Origin: Octopus vulgaris
Lineage: Eukaryota
NCBI GenBank assembly: GCA_951406725.2
Contig: OX597819.1
Location: 88,784,001-88,848,000 of the forward strand
Direction of reading: 5' to 3'
Length of the DNA: 64,000 nucleotides
Shown here: piece by piece, positions 1-14,295 of the stretch
How positions within the stretch are numbered: the stretch's first letter is position 1
How the letters are laid out: each line of letters begins with the position of its first letter
The notes under the pieces: model-generated
Told to the model about the DNA's origin: nothing
The model's database searches: none
What the model saw: the letters and a program-made list of their open reading frames with translations, nothing else
Program-made: the position numbers and the translations under genes

Positions 1-199
1 GAACTTAATACATGTGGATATGATTACATCCACACATATGTTTATGTACATTTATATAACATTTATATATATGTTTATGTACATTTATATAACTCCATCA
101 TTCTGCATATTGCAATCTAGCCAGTGAGACTTGGAAGAGCATAGTAGGGATGGATAGAAGACTAAATATATTCCATCAAAGGTGCTATATATATATATA

Positions 200-407
200 G
201 CATATGGTGTAGAGGTTAAGAGCACGAGCTACTAATCCCAAAATTCCAAGTTTGATTGTTATAATAATAACAACATCGAAAAATACCTTAGGAATGAGAA
301 CCCAGGTTTGAAATTTTCCCAAGACACCTGATGAAGGCTGGAGGGTATATCAGCTAAAACGTTGTGCTAACAACAAAGAAGATGAGGACGAATAACTGTC
401 AAATGTA

Positions 408-410
<3 letters not shown>
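200..410 (+). mobile_element. TA-flanked element with tRNA-like head and degenerate hammerhead tail
   Basis: A-box-like TGGTGTAGAGG (205-215), anticodon-arm-like GAGCTACTAATCC, B-box-like GTTTGATT (250-257), then CTGATGA-GGCTG/CAGCT-AAAACGTT; (TA)n on both sides. Confidence 0.6.
323..367 (+). ncRNA. Degenerate minimal type-I hammerhead ribozyme motif
   Basis: CAC-CTGATGA-A-GGCTG(loop)CAGCT-AAAA-CG-TT-GTG; G12 is mutated to A, consistent with CpG decay. Confidence 0.55.
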
Positions 411-452
<42 letters not shown>

Positions 453-661
453 AGATGGTGCTGAAAATTTCCTGGCTTTATGGGTATTCCAAAAGGCCTG
501 GTTGAAGGTTCAAACTTCCAAGTTATTTTACAGGGCTTAGAAAAACTGAAGGACTGTTGCAATAAGTATTTGAATCTGAGAGGGGAATATGTTCAATAAA
601 ATCATAATTAACTGATCTTCCTGTATTTTCTTTTACCCAAAGCCAGGAACTTTTCTGTACT

Positions 662-698
<37 letters not shown>

Positions 699-3600
699 TG
701 TGTGTGTGCATGCACACGCATGCATGCATGCACTTTACTATTTCCTGGCTCTGACATTACATGATGTTTGAAAACTAGTGCCACAGTCATTCAAGCATTG
801 TTCTTTGTATCCAATGTTCTGTGAAAACATGTCTGGTTATCTGGAAATATCACCTTACTTGGAATCAGGTAAGGGCATCAATTCATAGAAAATATGTCTC
901 AACAACCTGAAGCCAACCCATGTGAGCATGGAAAAGTTGATGTTAAAATGATGACTATGATGATAATGTTTCAAGGAATGTGTCAGTTTATTTCTCCATC
1001 TTGTGATGGCTTTAAGAAACATGATCAAGAGAACATGCCCATTTAAACGAATAGTTGTAAATTATTGATTTATCGTCACAAAATTACTGGGTTTTGATTT
1101 ATTGATATTAAAAGACCAAACATTTAAATGACTTACAACTCTGAACCCATGATATATTTATACACTGAGCTCAGATAGTCTGTTGTCAACAAGATTTACC
1201 ATAGCAGTAGTAGTAATTGTTGCTTAATCCCAGCTCAATTCTGACTGAAGTAACTTATGATCAAAGATGTTCCAATCATGACCATCCAGCATTTTCAAAC
1301 ATTGTAGCTAGTTCTACTTTCTCTAATATTCTAGACTGACTAGATAAAGATAAACCAATGAGAGAGACTCTACATGGCTGCCCAACCTGCTAGAAATAGC
1401 AGGTAACTTCCCTTCAAATTACACTCTACTGTCTTAAATAACAGGACACACATCTATTTTAAAATGCTCCTGCTGTTTACTGTGATCACTTGTATCATTT
1501 TACGGTCTTTAGAGCTAAATAGATTAGATAATTTAACTCTTTAGCATTAAAACTGGTCATATCCAACCCAAAATATACTACCTGTTTTATGTTCAAACTG
1601 GCTGCAACCGGCCTCTCACATCTATGCTACAATGTTATTCCAAAAAAATATAATCACATCATAGATATCTCAAAGCTATGAGATAATGCATGATTAATTC
1701 AAAATTAATTATGTGAAGAAACAAACATCTGTATTTGACAATGTAATCCCAATGAGTAAAAGGTAGTGTATTAATGTAAGATCTCAGGAGGCTGGTCCTC
1801 ATAAACAGATTACAAAAGACAACTGGTGATATGCTGTGGTGGTAAAGGAAGTAGCAGCAATGCTTGCAGTGACAGACGTAGCGGTGGTGGTGGTGGTAGT
1901 ATTTGCCTCAAAACAGAAAAACATTAGTGATAAAATATATACAGCTGTTCCTTCAGTTAGTAGTCAAAACACCAAAACAACCAACTTTAACTATGCTAGA
2001 AACAGTAGCCAAATTTGGTTCAAATACCACCCTACATCACCATTGTTTAATATCCGCTTTTCATACTGGTATGGGTTGGACGGTTTGATATGGAGCTGAC
2101 TAGCAGGGAGCTGTCTAGATTCCAACTGGCAGTTGTGGCATGGTTTCTACAGGTGGATGACCTTCCTAATGCCGACCACTTAACAGAGTGTGTTGGGTGC
2201 TTTTCATGTGCCACCAGCACAGGTGTGTTTATACAGAACTGGCACAGGTGTGCTAATGCAGTACCAGCACCTCAAAGGACAATCCTGTATGTGAGGAAGA
2301 CAGTGATTTTACTTGGCTTGACATGTCTTATCAATTACAGCAAATCACTACATCTCCTGGTCCCTTGTCATTTCCTCAGTGAGGCTCAGTGTCTAAAGAA
2401 CCTTTCTCACCAATTCGTCTGATGTCTTCTTGGGTCTACCCCTTCCACAGGTACCCTCTACAATTACAGCACAGCACTTCTTTATGCAGCTGTCCTCATC
2501 CATAAGCATTATATGACCAAACCTGTGCAGTTTCTCTCTTGCACACAACATCTGATGCCTCTTATACTCAGTTTTCTTCCTAAATTATTTACACTCTGTT
2601 GTGCATGCACACTGACATTACCCATCCAGTGGAGCATGCTAGCTTCAGTCTTTTTTATTAAAAAAAAAAAAAAAAGAAATGACAGCTTAGGTAATAGAGT
2701 CTTTGATACAATGTCTGAAAATATGCTTGGATGGTTATGGCCAGAAGGTCTGTAATGACAAGTCTATTTGAGAAGAGTGAACTGCAGCCTAAGCAACATC
2801 ATATCTTATAACAGCAGATATTACAACAATAGAATTTATCTGAATAATTTAGCAGTTATTCTTTAAGACACTAACCAAAGCCACTAAGTAGTCACTGCAG
2901 AAATTTTTGATAGAGTTGGCAAATTTCATGTACAATATGCATCATCATCATCATCACCATCGTCATGTACTTCTTATTGAAGGTTACAGATTGTTGAATT
3001 TTTACTTCTTGTTTAGTTTTTAGTTTAATAAGAAACATTTCTCTTTTCCTCTCTGTTGTTTTCTTTTTGTTCATAGTTCTATTGATAGCCAAAGTGTCTG
3101 AGAATCATTGAAAACAAAAATAACTAGATCAATAAATCAATCAATATTTTAATGATTTTGTGCACAAGTTTTCTAAATAGAAACCCATTGCTGGCCCATT
3201 TCATGAGATGTATCCACTATCAATAAATGATTAGCTTATTATCTGTAGTGATTTCAGAGGAAGAGAAGGCAATACAATGTGACATTCATGCTTTTCTTAA
3301 GAAGCATGAACTTCATGGGGGAAAAAATGTAATGGTTTCAGCAAGAAACCAAAACTGGGTTGCAGATTTGTATTCAAAAAAGCCCTAATGCTTACCACAG
3401 ATATTAGCAGATATAGCCATTAATAGGTGCCTTCTTGTTATCGACAGCTAATATTTTATTTACTAAAGGATTGATAAATAAACCATAACACTTGTGAGAT
3501 GGGTGTGATACTTAAATGACAGACTTTCAGAATAACTATTCTTATAGAGAAAGATAGGGAGAAAGAATTGGGTGATTTTTTTCATAGTTTATTTACTAAT

Positions 3601-5092
3601 CCTTTAGAAAATATAAAACTCGCTGTTGATAACAAGAAAATACTCAATAATTCAATTTCAAACATAACTTTTAGGATTCTACAATTTTGTTATGGAGTCC
3701 AACCCATGCCAGCAAGGACAATGGACGTTAAATGATGTTGAGTATTTTCCCTTCTATTTTGCTGATGTCTCTCTCTCACACACACACACACAAGCAAGCA
3801 AACTGATGGATGAATGCCCTTAAATACATTAGAACATTTAGAGTACCACTGAATAACTTCATCTTTATATAGATGCCCAAAGGGAAAGTGTGCTTGCTGG
3901 AGATGATGCCACTGTAGGATTTACCATGTGAGAAATATCACAGTAAAACCAGCAAATAGTAAGAACAAGGAAAATTTGAATAGTGGAATAAAGTGGTTTG
4001 CTATGAAGTAGGGATCATTAGTTTCAGTAACATATATCATACAGGAAAATATGAGTTCAGAATTCTAACAAAATATCAGTGAAGCAAATCATTTTAAATA
4101 CTACCATTATACAATGGTTCTGCAATATATAATAAAACAATGAACTGTACTTCAAGATAGTGTAGTTAATTAGACTAGGTCATTAATTAAAAGTAACACA
4201 TTTTAGTACCCAAACATAAACATACATACATGTGTGTGCACATGTGTATATATGTTTGTTGATAGTGTCAGGTCAATGAGTGCTACTAGTGCCATGCAAT
4301 CTGGTACAACTTGTTATATGATCATCATTAGCAACTAAACCAGTAGACCAACCATGAAACCCTTTTCTGTGAGAAAGGCTTCAAGAAACCCAACATTACC
4401 AGTCAAAAAGATGGATGAACCCAGTTTGTGTTATTTGTTGCACACAGATCTTCTACTGCAATGTGAAGAATGGACCTTGATTCACAAGAGTATGTGTGTG
4501 GTGGTGGTGGTTGTGTGGTGGAGTTGTTGCCTCAAAAGTATCACATTCTCTGTGGTTGAAAAGTAAACAATTACACAGCCATATCTACATATGATCATAA
4601 AACCATATCATCATCCATCAGACCTTAAGAGTTTAGGTATTATATATCTATTAATAAAACACTTGTAAAAATATTTTGTTGTACAGTTGAAGGAATCTGA
4701 ACTGTTGACTTTATGATCATAGGCTGAGGGAGTCTGTCAAATGGGCTGGTTTCAGCTTGAAAAATCTCAATAAGCACAGGCAAGATTGAGTAGCAAGGAA
4801 GTTTGCTTTGCAACCATGTGGTTTTGGGTTCAAGTCTCACAGCACAACACCTTGGGCAAATGTTTTCTACTACTGCTCTGGGATGACCAATATTTTGTAC
4901 ATGAATTTGATAGGTAGAAACTGTGTGGAAGCCCATTGTATGTGTATGTGTGTATGTGTGTGCCTTCTTCCATTGCTTCACAACTGGTGTTGGTTTGTTT
5001 ATGTCCTCCTAAGTGGTTCAGTAAAAGAGACCAACAGAATAAGCACCAGACATTAAAAGAAAATGATTAGGGAGGTATTTGTTCATCTAAAC

Positions 5093-5409
5093 CAGTGGTT
5101 CTCAGTTGGGGTTCATATGGCCCCTGGAGGCCCATGCAACAAAATAGTAAATTGGAGGCCCATAATAGCATTTTAAGGGCCCCTGAGAAGATTTTGCTTT
5201 AGATGTATGTTTTGGTATGTATTGCAAGAAACAGCCAGGTTTCTTTCTCTAACATTTTTCATAGTTCAACCTACACAAGTGAATGTGTGAAAAACAAAAT
5301 AAAGAATTTTGAGAGCAGTTCTTTAAAACTAGTTTTTAATAGTGAATGGCTATTGGGGTTCATCAGAATAAAATAGTAATCACTGATAAAGAATGGGTGA
5401 GTATTCCTG
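5093..5409. mobile_element. hAT-type MITE
   Basis: CAGTGGTTCTCA terminus; 8-bp TSD ATCTAAAC at 5085-5092 and 5410-5417. Confidence 0.8.
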
Positions 5410-5562
5410 ATCTAAACCCTCAAGAATGACTACAGACCAATGACTAAAACAAGTACAAGATAAGAAAACTACCTTGTTTATTTCAATAAACAATTAAAAT
5501 AAATAATAATTAAGATTTAAAACAACTGATATACATATATAATTAGTAGAGAAAACGTTTAC

Positions 5563-5780
5563 CTTGACTAATGATTGTTCGTCGGAATGAACCATCTAAC
5601 TGAGAGCACTCTATGACATGGTATTTAGCATCGGCCCAATATAACTTGTCTCCAGCATAGTCAATAGTCAAGCCGTTTGGCCATTTTAGAGACGTGTTGG
5701 CAACAAGCTTTCGGTCAAGGCCATCCATACCACAGCTCTCAATTTTCGGAGAATTACCCCAGTCAGTCCAAAAAATCATC
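5563..5780 (-). CDS. LRP4: LRP4 exon, YWTD propeller 1 ([20 protein letters not shown]...[26 protein letters not shown])
   Basis: 218 bp, phase 2-1; ctttag acceptor, AAG|GTAAAC donor; FWTD and YWAD repeats. Confidence 0.94.
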
Positions 5781-8314
5781 CTAAAGGATTAAAATAAAAT
5801 AAAGAAAATAATGAGTAAGTCATGTATTGCTTTTAGGTATATTTTCATTGTAATGAGTAAAACAAAGTGAATAAAGCAAAACAAACTACCACTTTTTTCC
5901 TTTAAATTTCAATATACGAGGTGGTATCAAAAAATTCCCAGACTAGTTATGTTTAATAAAAAATAACTTATTTACCTAAATTTTAACATCAGTCAAGCAT
6001 GACCTTTGAATGTTGGGCCCCACAGAGGCAATGACGAGAGACCGAGACCTCTGGAGATATGCTGTGACTGCGAAGACCTGGCACATAAAGTGAATTCATA
6101 GCTGTATCCTACACCAGTTTCACATACCCAGCTCCAGCCCATTCAAAGTACCTTGGATCGTAGGCGACCTGCTGCACTTGAGGGGACCTATTGAGTCAAG
6201 TATATGAAAATCAAATGGAAATTGTTGTTGTGATACCCCTGCCGGTGGCACGTAAAAAGCACCATCCGAATGTGGCCAATGCCAGCACTGTCTTGGCTGG
6301 CTTCTGTACCGGTGGCACAAAAAAAGCACCAACCAATCGTGGCTGTTGCCAGCCTCCTCTGGCCCCTGTGCTGGTGGCACGTAAAAAGCACCCACTACAC
6401 TCACGGAGTGGCTGGCATTAGGAAGGGCATCCAGCTGTAGAAACACTGCCAGATCAGACTGGAGCTTGGTGCAGCCCCCTGGCTTCCCAGACCCTGGTTG
6501 AATCATCCAACCCATGCTAGGATGGAAAACGGGCAATAAATGATGATAATGATGCTGATTTCCTTTGAAATAGTCACCTTGCATAGCAATACAGTGGTCC
6601 TAGTGTTCCTGACACTTTTGGAATCTGGTCTTGAAGTCGTTTTCTGTGAGTTGTGCGATTCACTCTGGATTATGACAACAGTGTTAAAATGGCAACCTTA
6701 ATGCTGCCTTTTCATCTTGGGGAAGAGATAGAAGGTTGGAGGTGCCGTGAAATTTCACAAATAGGGTTGATGTTGAAGTGATATGATGTTGTTTTTGGTG
6801 AGAAAGTCACGAGTAAGAAGAGATCAGTGATAGTCTGCATGGTTCCTGAGCAAAACACTTCATTTCATGTTGCCCCAGTCCACTCAGCTGTAAATGGGTA
6901 ACCTGCAATGGACTGGCATTCCATTCAGGGGAGAAAAGGTCAGCCAGCTACTAGCCAGTGAGGTGGCACCATATGAAAGCTACAACAAATGTGAGGAAGT
7001 GCATTGTGACCAGTGGTGTGTAACAACAACCGGTAGCTTGTGAAGAATCCAATTCTTCACACTCCACAGATCTGGTCACTTTTGCTGAATGTTCTTTTTC
7101 AAACGCTTCAAAATATCACAGTAGAACTCTCAACTGACAGTCTGACCTGGGGGATGAATTCTCGATGCACAATACCATATTTCTGAGGGTGATGCTTGTG
7201 GTAGGTTTCCCAGAGACATTCTCCCACTTTTGAAGCATCTATGTCACTTGAAACATTACATACAACCCATTGCCTCATTGCTGTAAGCTTGCTGAAGCAA
7301 ACTTAATGTTTCTGTAGCAGACTTCCTAAGTTTAACACAAAATTTCACGTTGGCTCTATGTTCTTGTCCATGACAAAATCACAGACTACAGCATACATCT
7401 GATCACAAAACCACAAATTTCACAACTTGCAAAGTAAACACAGAGATATCACTCGGCACACTGCTTCATGAAGGTCACTACTAGCTCTCACTGTGCATGC
7501 AATCATATGCTGCTGTCCGTTGGCACACAACAGAACCACTTCGGGAACTTTTTCATACCACATCATATTTGGTTACTATATTTTTTACAAGTAAATTTGT
7601 TCATAGAGAAAATATTGTTAAGGTTAATGTAAATATATTTCCTACTCATCTGAGTATTTCCTATTCATTCACTACAGAACTAGTCCAGAAACTGTTTGAT
7701 ACCACCTCATACTGCCATTGTATATCTACTTTCCATATTTGCATAGGTTGCAGAGATCGACAAAGAGTTAGCATGTATTTGGGAATACTACTGTCTTGTC
7801 ATCAAGACAGGTTTGGAAGAGAGCATCTCACTAATGGAGATGTTTAATTATTCTTTTTTAATTTTCTAACTTTTACTGTTAGGAAATACAACTAGGACAA
7901 AGCTGCTGTGACATGTGAATGTCCACAAATTCCATCTGATGCATACAAAACATAGAAAAGGGGACATTAAAATAATGATTATGATGATGGCAATATATGT
8001 ATGCATGTGGCTTAATGGGTTGCACTCATTTAATGGGTGTTGCACTCATGATCACAAGACCATGGTCTTGCATCCCAGACTGGTGGTGTGTTGTGTTCTT
8101 GAGCAAAACACTTCATTTCATGTTGCCCCAGTCTACTCAGCTGTAAATGGGTAACCCACAATGGACTGGCATTCCACTCGGGGGTGGGGATGGTTGGCCA
8201 GCTACTAGCCAGTGAGGTGGCACCATTTGAAAGCTACAACAAATGTAAGGAAGTGCATTGTGACCAGTGGTGTGTAACAACAACTGGTAGCTTAGTTAAT
8301 GCAGTAATACAATG

Positions 8315-8346
<32 letters not shown>

Positions 8347-11190
8347 TCAAAATGTGACCGTGTGTGTACCGTTGGCGATTTTTTTCCCCTCCGTCTTCCC
8401 TTCCTTGGATCTTTCCTTTTCCTATGTTTCTGACGAAGAGCTCCACTTGAAACGTTAAACCCTCCTTCTTTCCAATAACACAATACTTGTTCAACGTCCT
8501 CATGTTGTTGTGTTTTCTCTTTGTGTTTCATGTTTGGATTAACTTTATATATATATATCATCATCATCATTGCTCCAATGGAATTCATTGAAGCAGATTG
8601 TCTACGACAGGATGGTCTTCCTGTTGCCACCTCTCACTTCTTTCTCAGCAAGATATTACTTCCCCATGGGACAGATATACATGGAACATTACAAACGAAA
8701 CACAACACTTGTATGACAGGGAAACTTGTTTACAACAAACATGTGATGTCACAACAACGAAGACACAGACACATACACAATATTGACAAGAGCACATTTA
8801 TATCAAAGATGATATAAATGTGTGAATGTGTGTGTATACAATGATGTGTACACATATTAACAGTAAATTGTATGTAACAATTCAATTTGTAAAAGCAAAA
8901 AAAAAAAATGAAAAAGATAAAAATAGGGATAAAAACCTACTCTGCTGGGCATCAGACAGAGCAAACATGCAAGCTATTGCACTACAGAGACAAGTGCTAC
9001 AACTTACTGCATTAAGTTGATGTACTTTTTTTTTATGACCGAGAATTTCATGCTATTATGGAAAACTATAAGACAGACGTGTGTGTATATATATATGTAA
9101 AAATTACATACATACACATAAATATATATGTATGTATATTTACATATATAAATACATATATATATAAATACATATATATATATATAAATACATATATATA
9201 TATAGTAGAAATATGTTACAGAAAGAAAAAAAAATATATATATATATACATATATATGTGTGTATGTATGTGAATATTATATATAGATCGACAAACATGA
9301 TATATTGTAATATATTATATGTGCATAATATATGAGTGTGTGTGTGTCTGTCTGTGCGCGCGTGAATGTGTGTATACGCCCTACCCCAGCGCCCACTCAC
9401 ACACGACAGATTGATATCGACGTTGGGCACACTTTCGTGTAGAAGAAAAGTTACCTCCCTTCGTTATTGATCAGATTGTACTTTGAAAAAAATATGCACA
9501 TTCTTATATGTATGTGTATGTGTATACACGTCCAACTATCAATAGATGTGTGTGTGTGTATGTGTGTAACAACAATGCTTTGCACAAGATGTTTACTTCC
9601 AAATGTCAATTTGGCAGACGTGTGTTATTGAATAGAATTTTCAAATAGTTAACAGCATGACATTTTTCTTCACTAATCTTCTTTTGCTGCCAGCTAAAAT
9701 ACCTTTGTAGAAATATTTATTGATTTCATTTTGTGTCTTTTTTTTTTTCAAAGTTTTGTTTGTTTTCTTTGGTATATTTTCTCAACTGTGAGTTATCTGA
9801 GCGATTCTTTCAAAATTCACATGAGAAGTGAAGTGTTTAATTTAAATTCTTACATGGGGGGAAACAAACTAGTTACTATTAATATTGATTTTTCTGCTTC
9901 ACATCTCTATATCACTCTGTCTATTTATGTATCTATCTTTCGATCTATCTATCTATCTGTCTGTCTGTCTGTCTATCTATCTGCCCCTCTCTCTCAATCA
10001 ATCAATGTATATCTATTTCTCTCTATCTATCTATCTATCTATCTGTCTGTCTTTCTCACTCAACCAATGTTTGTACTTCTCTCTCTCTCTTTATCTATCT
10101 ATGTATTTATCTATCTACCTACTTATCTATCCATGTATCTGCCGATATCCTTATCTCCCTCTATCTGTCTATTTGTCTTGCTCTATCTCCATTTTCATTC
10201 ATGTTTGAGAATAAGTTTTCAATTATTATCATCACCACCATTGTCATCATCCGCACTAACACAAAATAAAATATAATCCAACTCTCTCTTCAATTTGCAG
10301 CAGTAATCACAACAACAGCAACAACAACAAAAATATTCTCGAATCAATAGTTTAGTGTTTGAAGTGTTAAGCTAGGATTTTTTTCAAGTTTTCTTTTCTA
10401 TTTATTTATTTATTATTATTGTTGTTGCGGTTATTGTTGTTGTTGTTATTATTATTATTATTATTATTATCATTATTATTATTGTTATTATTATTTTGTT
10501 TGTAATATCTTTAAAAAAGATTTTCTTGGTTATTTTCATTTTCATTCTTCATTTATTTCAATAAGCAAAAGTGGTTCATTGCTCTCAGGGTGCCGTGTTT
10601 CGCACGTTGATATCTTAGGATTTTTTCCTGTTTAAATACTTCCACTTGTTTGCATCTAAAATGCTATCTCGCAACAATGTAAAAGAAAAAAAAAAAAAAA
10701 ACTATCTACACCTCAAAACCTTTGCCAAACACTTTTAGAATAAAATCTAATTAATTGTCCTTATACACATAGACATATATGTAGCTAGCTAGATAAACAG
10801 ATGTAGATGTGTGTGTGTGTGTGAGTATATGAATGTATGTCTGTGTGTGTGAGTGTGTATAGACCTATTTTTAATGAGTAGAAGTTAGAAAGTGACTCAA
10901 GTGTTGAGAGCAACGTGTATGACAGACTAAAAATAATATGTATACATGTATGTATGTATGTATGTATAAACACTACAAAATTTAGTATAATTTTAATTTC
11001 ATGTTACACATGTTTATATATATTTGTATTTATCTATCTATCAATACACACACAAACACGTTTTGTGCTTTACTTATCCTATTTGTATAGCCAAACCTAT
11101 ATGTATAGACACATATACAAGCACGTATATGTGTGTATATGCATTTCTATGTATATGTATACATATATTTATATATACACACACTCACAT

Positions 11191-11224
<34 letters not shown>

Positions 11225-14200
11225 GCACACATATATATATATGCACATATTTATGTAAATTTAGATTTATGAACAAAAGAGAAAAAAAGTACTAAACATC
11301 TGTAGTAGACTGTATTCATGTATTCAAAAATAAGGCTTCCCTTTTTTAAGAAATGGTGCAGTGAAGCATACGGTGGCAATGAATAGAAGTTTTAGCTTTG
11401 AATATCTACATACACACATACACACGTGTCTGTATTGTAAGTGCCTGGATGCATGCATACAAGCTCACACACACACAAGGTGTAAAAGCGACTAAAAAAT
11501 ATCATGTGATAGTGAGGAGGTGAAAATTGCAGAAATGTGATTTAGCCCTTAAAATGCGGACATCATAAATTGGTGTTTCATTAAAGAATAGCAGACATCA
11601 TCAATTGATGTTTCAAAGATTTTACATAGATATGACCATCTTCAATTGATGTCCAGGCAACAACTTCATCATATGTACTGAAGCATAAATAGCTCTTATC
11701 GAGGGCAGAAATCAAGTTGCAGATGGAATATTTATATAGCAATGGAGGTGGCTGTGTGGTAAGAAACTTGCTTCCCAACCACATGGTTCTGTAAAAGAGC
11801 ATCACCATCATACAAGCAATGTCAATCATTTCCAGTTTTCTATGGGAGAAGATATTGCCTTGCTTGGAAGTAAGTGAAGGTTGGTGACAGGATGGGCATC
11901 TGACCTTACAAAATCTTCCTCAATAAATATTGTTTGAACTATGCAAGCACAGACAAGTGGACATTAATTGATAATTATATTTTGCAACCTACTACAATGA
12001 TACTAGTCGTTTAGAACACACACACACACTCGACGACGACGACAATGATGATGATGATAGCACTCAGAGAGTGCAAACCTCCACCAAGGCAACATCAACA
12101 TCCTATCAATGATTAACCAGAGATGATTTTCAAAATGAGAATATCTGAAATAAACTCAGCTGTTCTCACAAACGAGAATACTAAAAATGAACCTGACCGC
12201 TCTCAAAAATTAAGTAAAAAAAAACAAGAAAAATAATCCAGAATCCTTGTCAGGTACTGGATCGATCCCCAAATTTAATCAGTTCTTGCCAGTCATGAGG
12301 CTAAACATCCCTGAAAGTTTCATTCAAATCCATCCAGCAGTTCTTGAGATATCTTGTCCACAGACAGACAAGTAAACAAACACGACTGAAAATACTACCT
12401 CTGCTAAGGCAGAGGTAATCATCATCATCATCATCATCATCATTTAGCGTCCGTTCTCCATGCTAGCATGGGTTGGACGGTTCAACTGGGGTCTGTGAAG
12501 CTGGAAGGCTTCATCAGGCCCAGTCAGATCTGGCAGTGTTTCTACGGCTGGATGCCCTTCCTAACGCCAACCACTCCGTGAGTGTAGTGGGTGCTTTTTA
12601 CGTGCCACCTGCACAGGTGCCAGACAGAGCTGGCAAACGGCCACGAACGGATGGTGCTTTTACGTGTCACCGATAATAATGATAATAATGATGATGATGA
12701 TGATAATTCTTTCTACTACAGTGATACCTTCCCATCTCCATGGTGTTGGTTTACATTTATAATAAAATGAATATATACAAATTATAAAAATAATGAAAAA
12801 AAATATACAATACTGTTTCTACTTCGTGGATTTTCACCTATTGCAGGGGATTTGGGATTGTAACATCTGCGATAGTTGAGGGATTACTGTATAGGCAAAA
12901 GGCCTGAAATTTCGGGAGAGGGGACTAGTCAATTACATCGACCCAGTGTTTCACTGGTACTTAATTTATCAACCCCAAAAGGATGGAAAGCAAAGTCGAC
13001 TTCGGTGGAATTTGAACTCAGAACGTAATGATGGGCAAAATACTGCTAAGCATTTCCCCAGAGTGCTAACGATTCTGCCAGTTTGCTGCCTTTATGATAA
13101 TGAATAATAATAAATATTATTGTTATTATTATTTATTATTATTATAACATTTTTTTTATTGAGCACTCATGTGTGCACATGCTTCTCTTTTTTTTTTCTT
13201 TACAATTTATATAGTCCTAGGGCTTCTTGATAACATATTATCATCAATGATTCAAGAACATCATATATGTTATCTACTTCAGATGTCTGGGTGGAGCCTG
13301 GTGGATAATATGTAAAAGTTATATGCAAAAGTTATCAAGAAAGAAAAATAATAATAATGTCAGTATTACAATTTCTATGCATTTTTATACACCCAGTATG
13401 ACTATTGCAATGCAACCATTTCCAGAACCTACACCATGCTGTTGTGATCATAGGAAGCTTTAGATTTATTAAATGTAATAAACTTTTGTAAAGTATAATA
13501 ATGAAAACCAGAATTATTGAACTGAAAGCAAAAAAAAAAAAAAATTATCAATAATATATGGCATGGTAATTTTATATTTTGAAAAAAATCTGTCTCTTTT
13601 GCAGTCTACCATGTCCTGTTTTACTTCCCATTTGAAGCCCAAAATGCTAAACTGAATTTTTGAACAGATTGAGCTTGCATCAGAATGGACATATACTGCA
13701 GTAGACAGTTGATGTTGTTTAGTCCTAAGTCAACCTTGACCGAACAAACATATGATCAAAAGTATTCTAACCAAGACATTCCCATTCTCATCTTTTGATA
13801 TGTAGTGTATCAAGGGTTATATTGTCCAATGATACATTCTTTATTCAGGGCAGTATGGTTATGGTTTAAGGAAGGTCTGGTTCCTATCTCTAGCAGGCCA
13901 AATGACTACATGCTGCTGTCTCTCTGGCTACCAAATACATTAGAAATTGACACAATGTACAAAGAGTATGTATCAAGATCAAGTAGAGGAGATTAATTTG
14001 ACTAACCTCTTCCCACACATACATCAAATTTGTGGTCTTGTGCCTATGTTACTAGAGGCAAGCAGGCAGAATCGTTAGCAGGCTGGGCAAAATGCTTAGA
14101 GGCATTTCTTCAATCTTTGCATTCTGAGTTCAAATTCTGCTCTGATGACTTTGCCTTTCATCCTCTTGGCGATGATAAAACAAATACCAGTCAAGTACTG

Positions 14201-14261
14201 GGGCCTATGTAATCGACTTACCCACTTACCCAAACTTTCTGGCCTTGTGCCAAAACTTGAA

Positions 14262-14295
<34 letters not shown>

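Noticed and set aside
1-5562. Next propeller exon (expected LPHPFAIT-like)
   Set aside because: Not found on the minus strand; presumably lies left of the window.
9731-10276. 181-aa ORF rich in YLS/IYL
   Set aside because: Translation of the (CTAT)n microsatellite.
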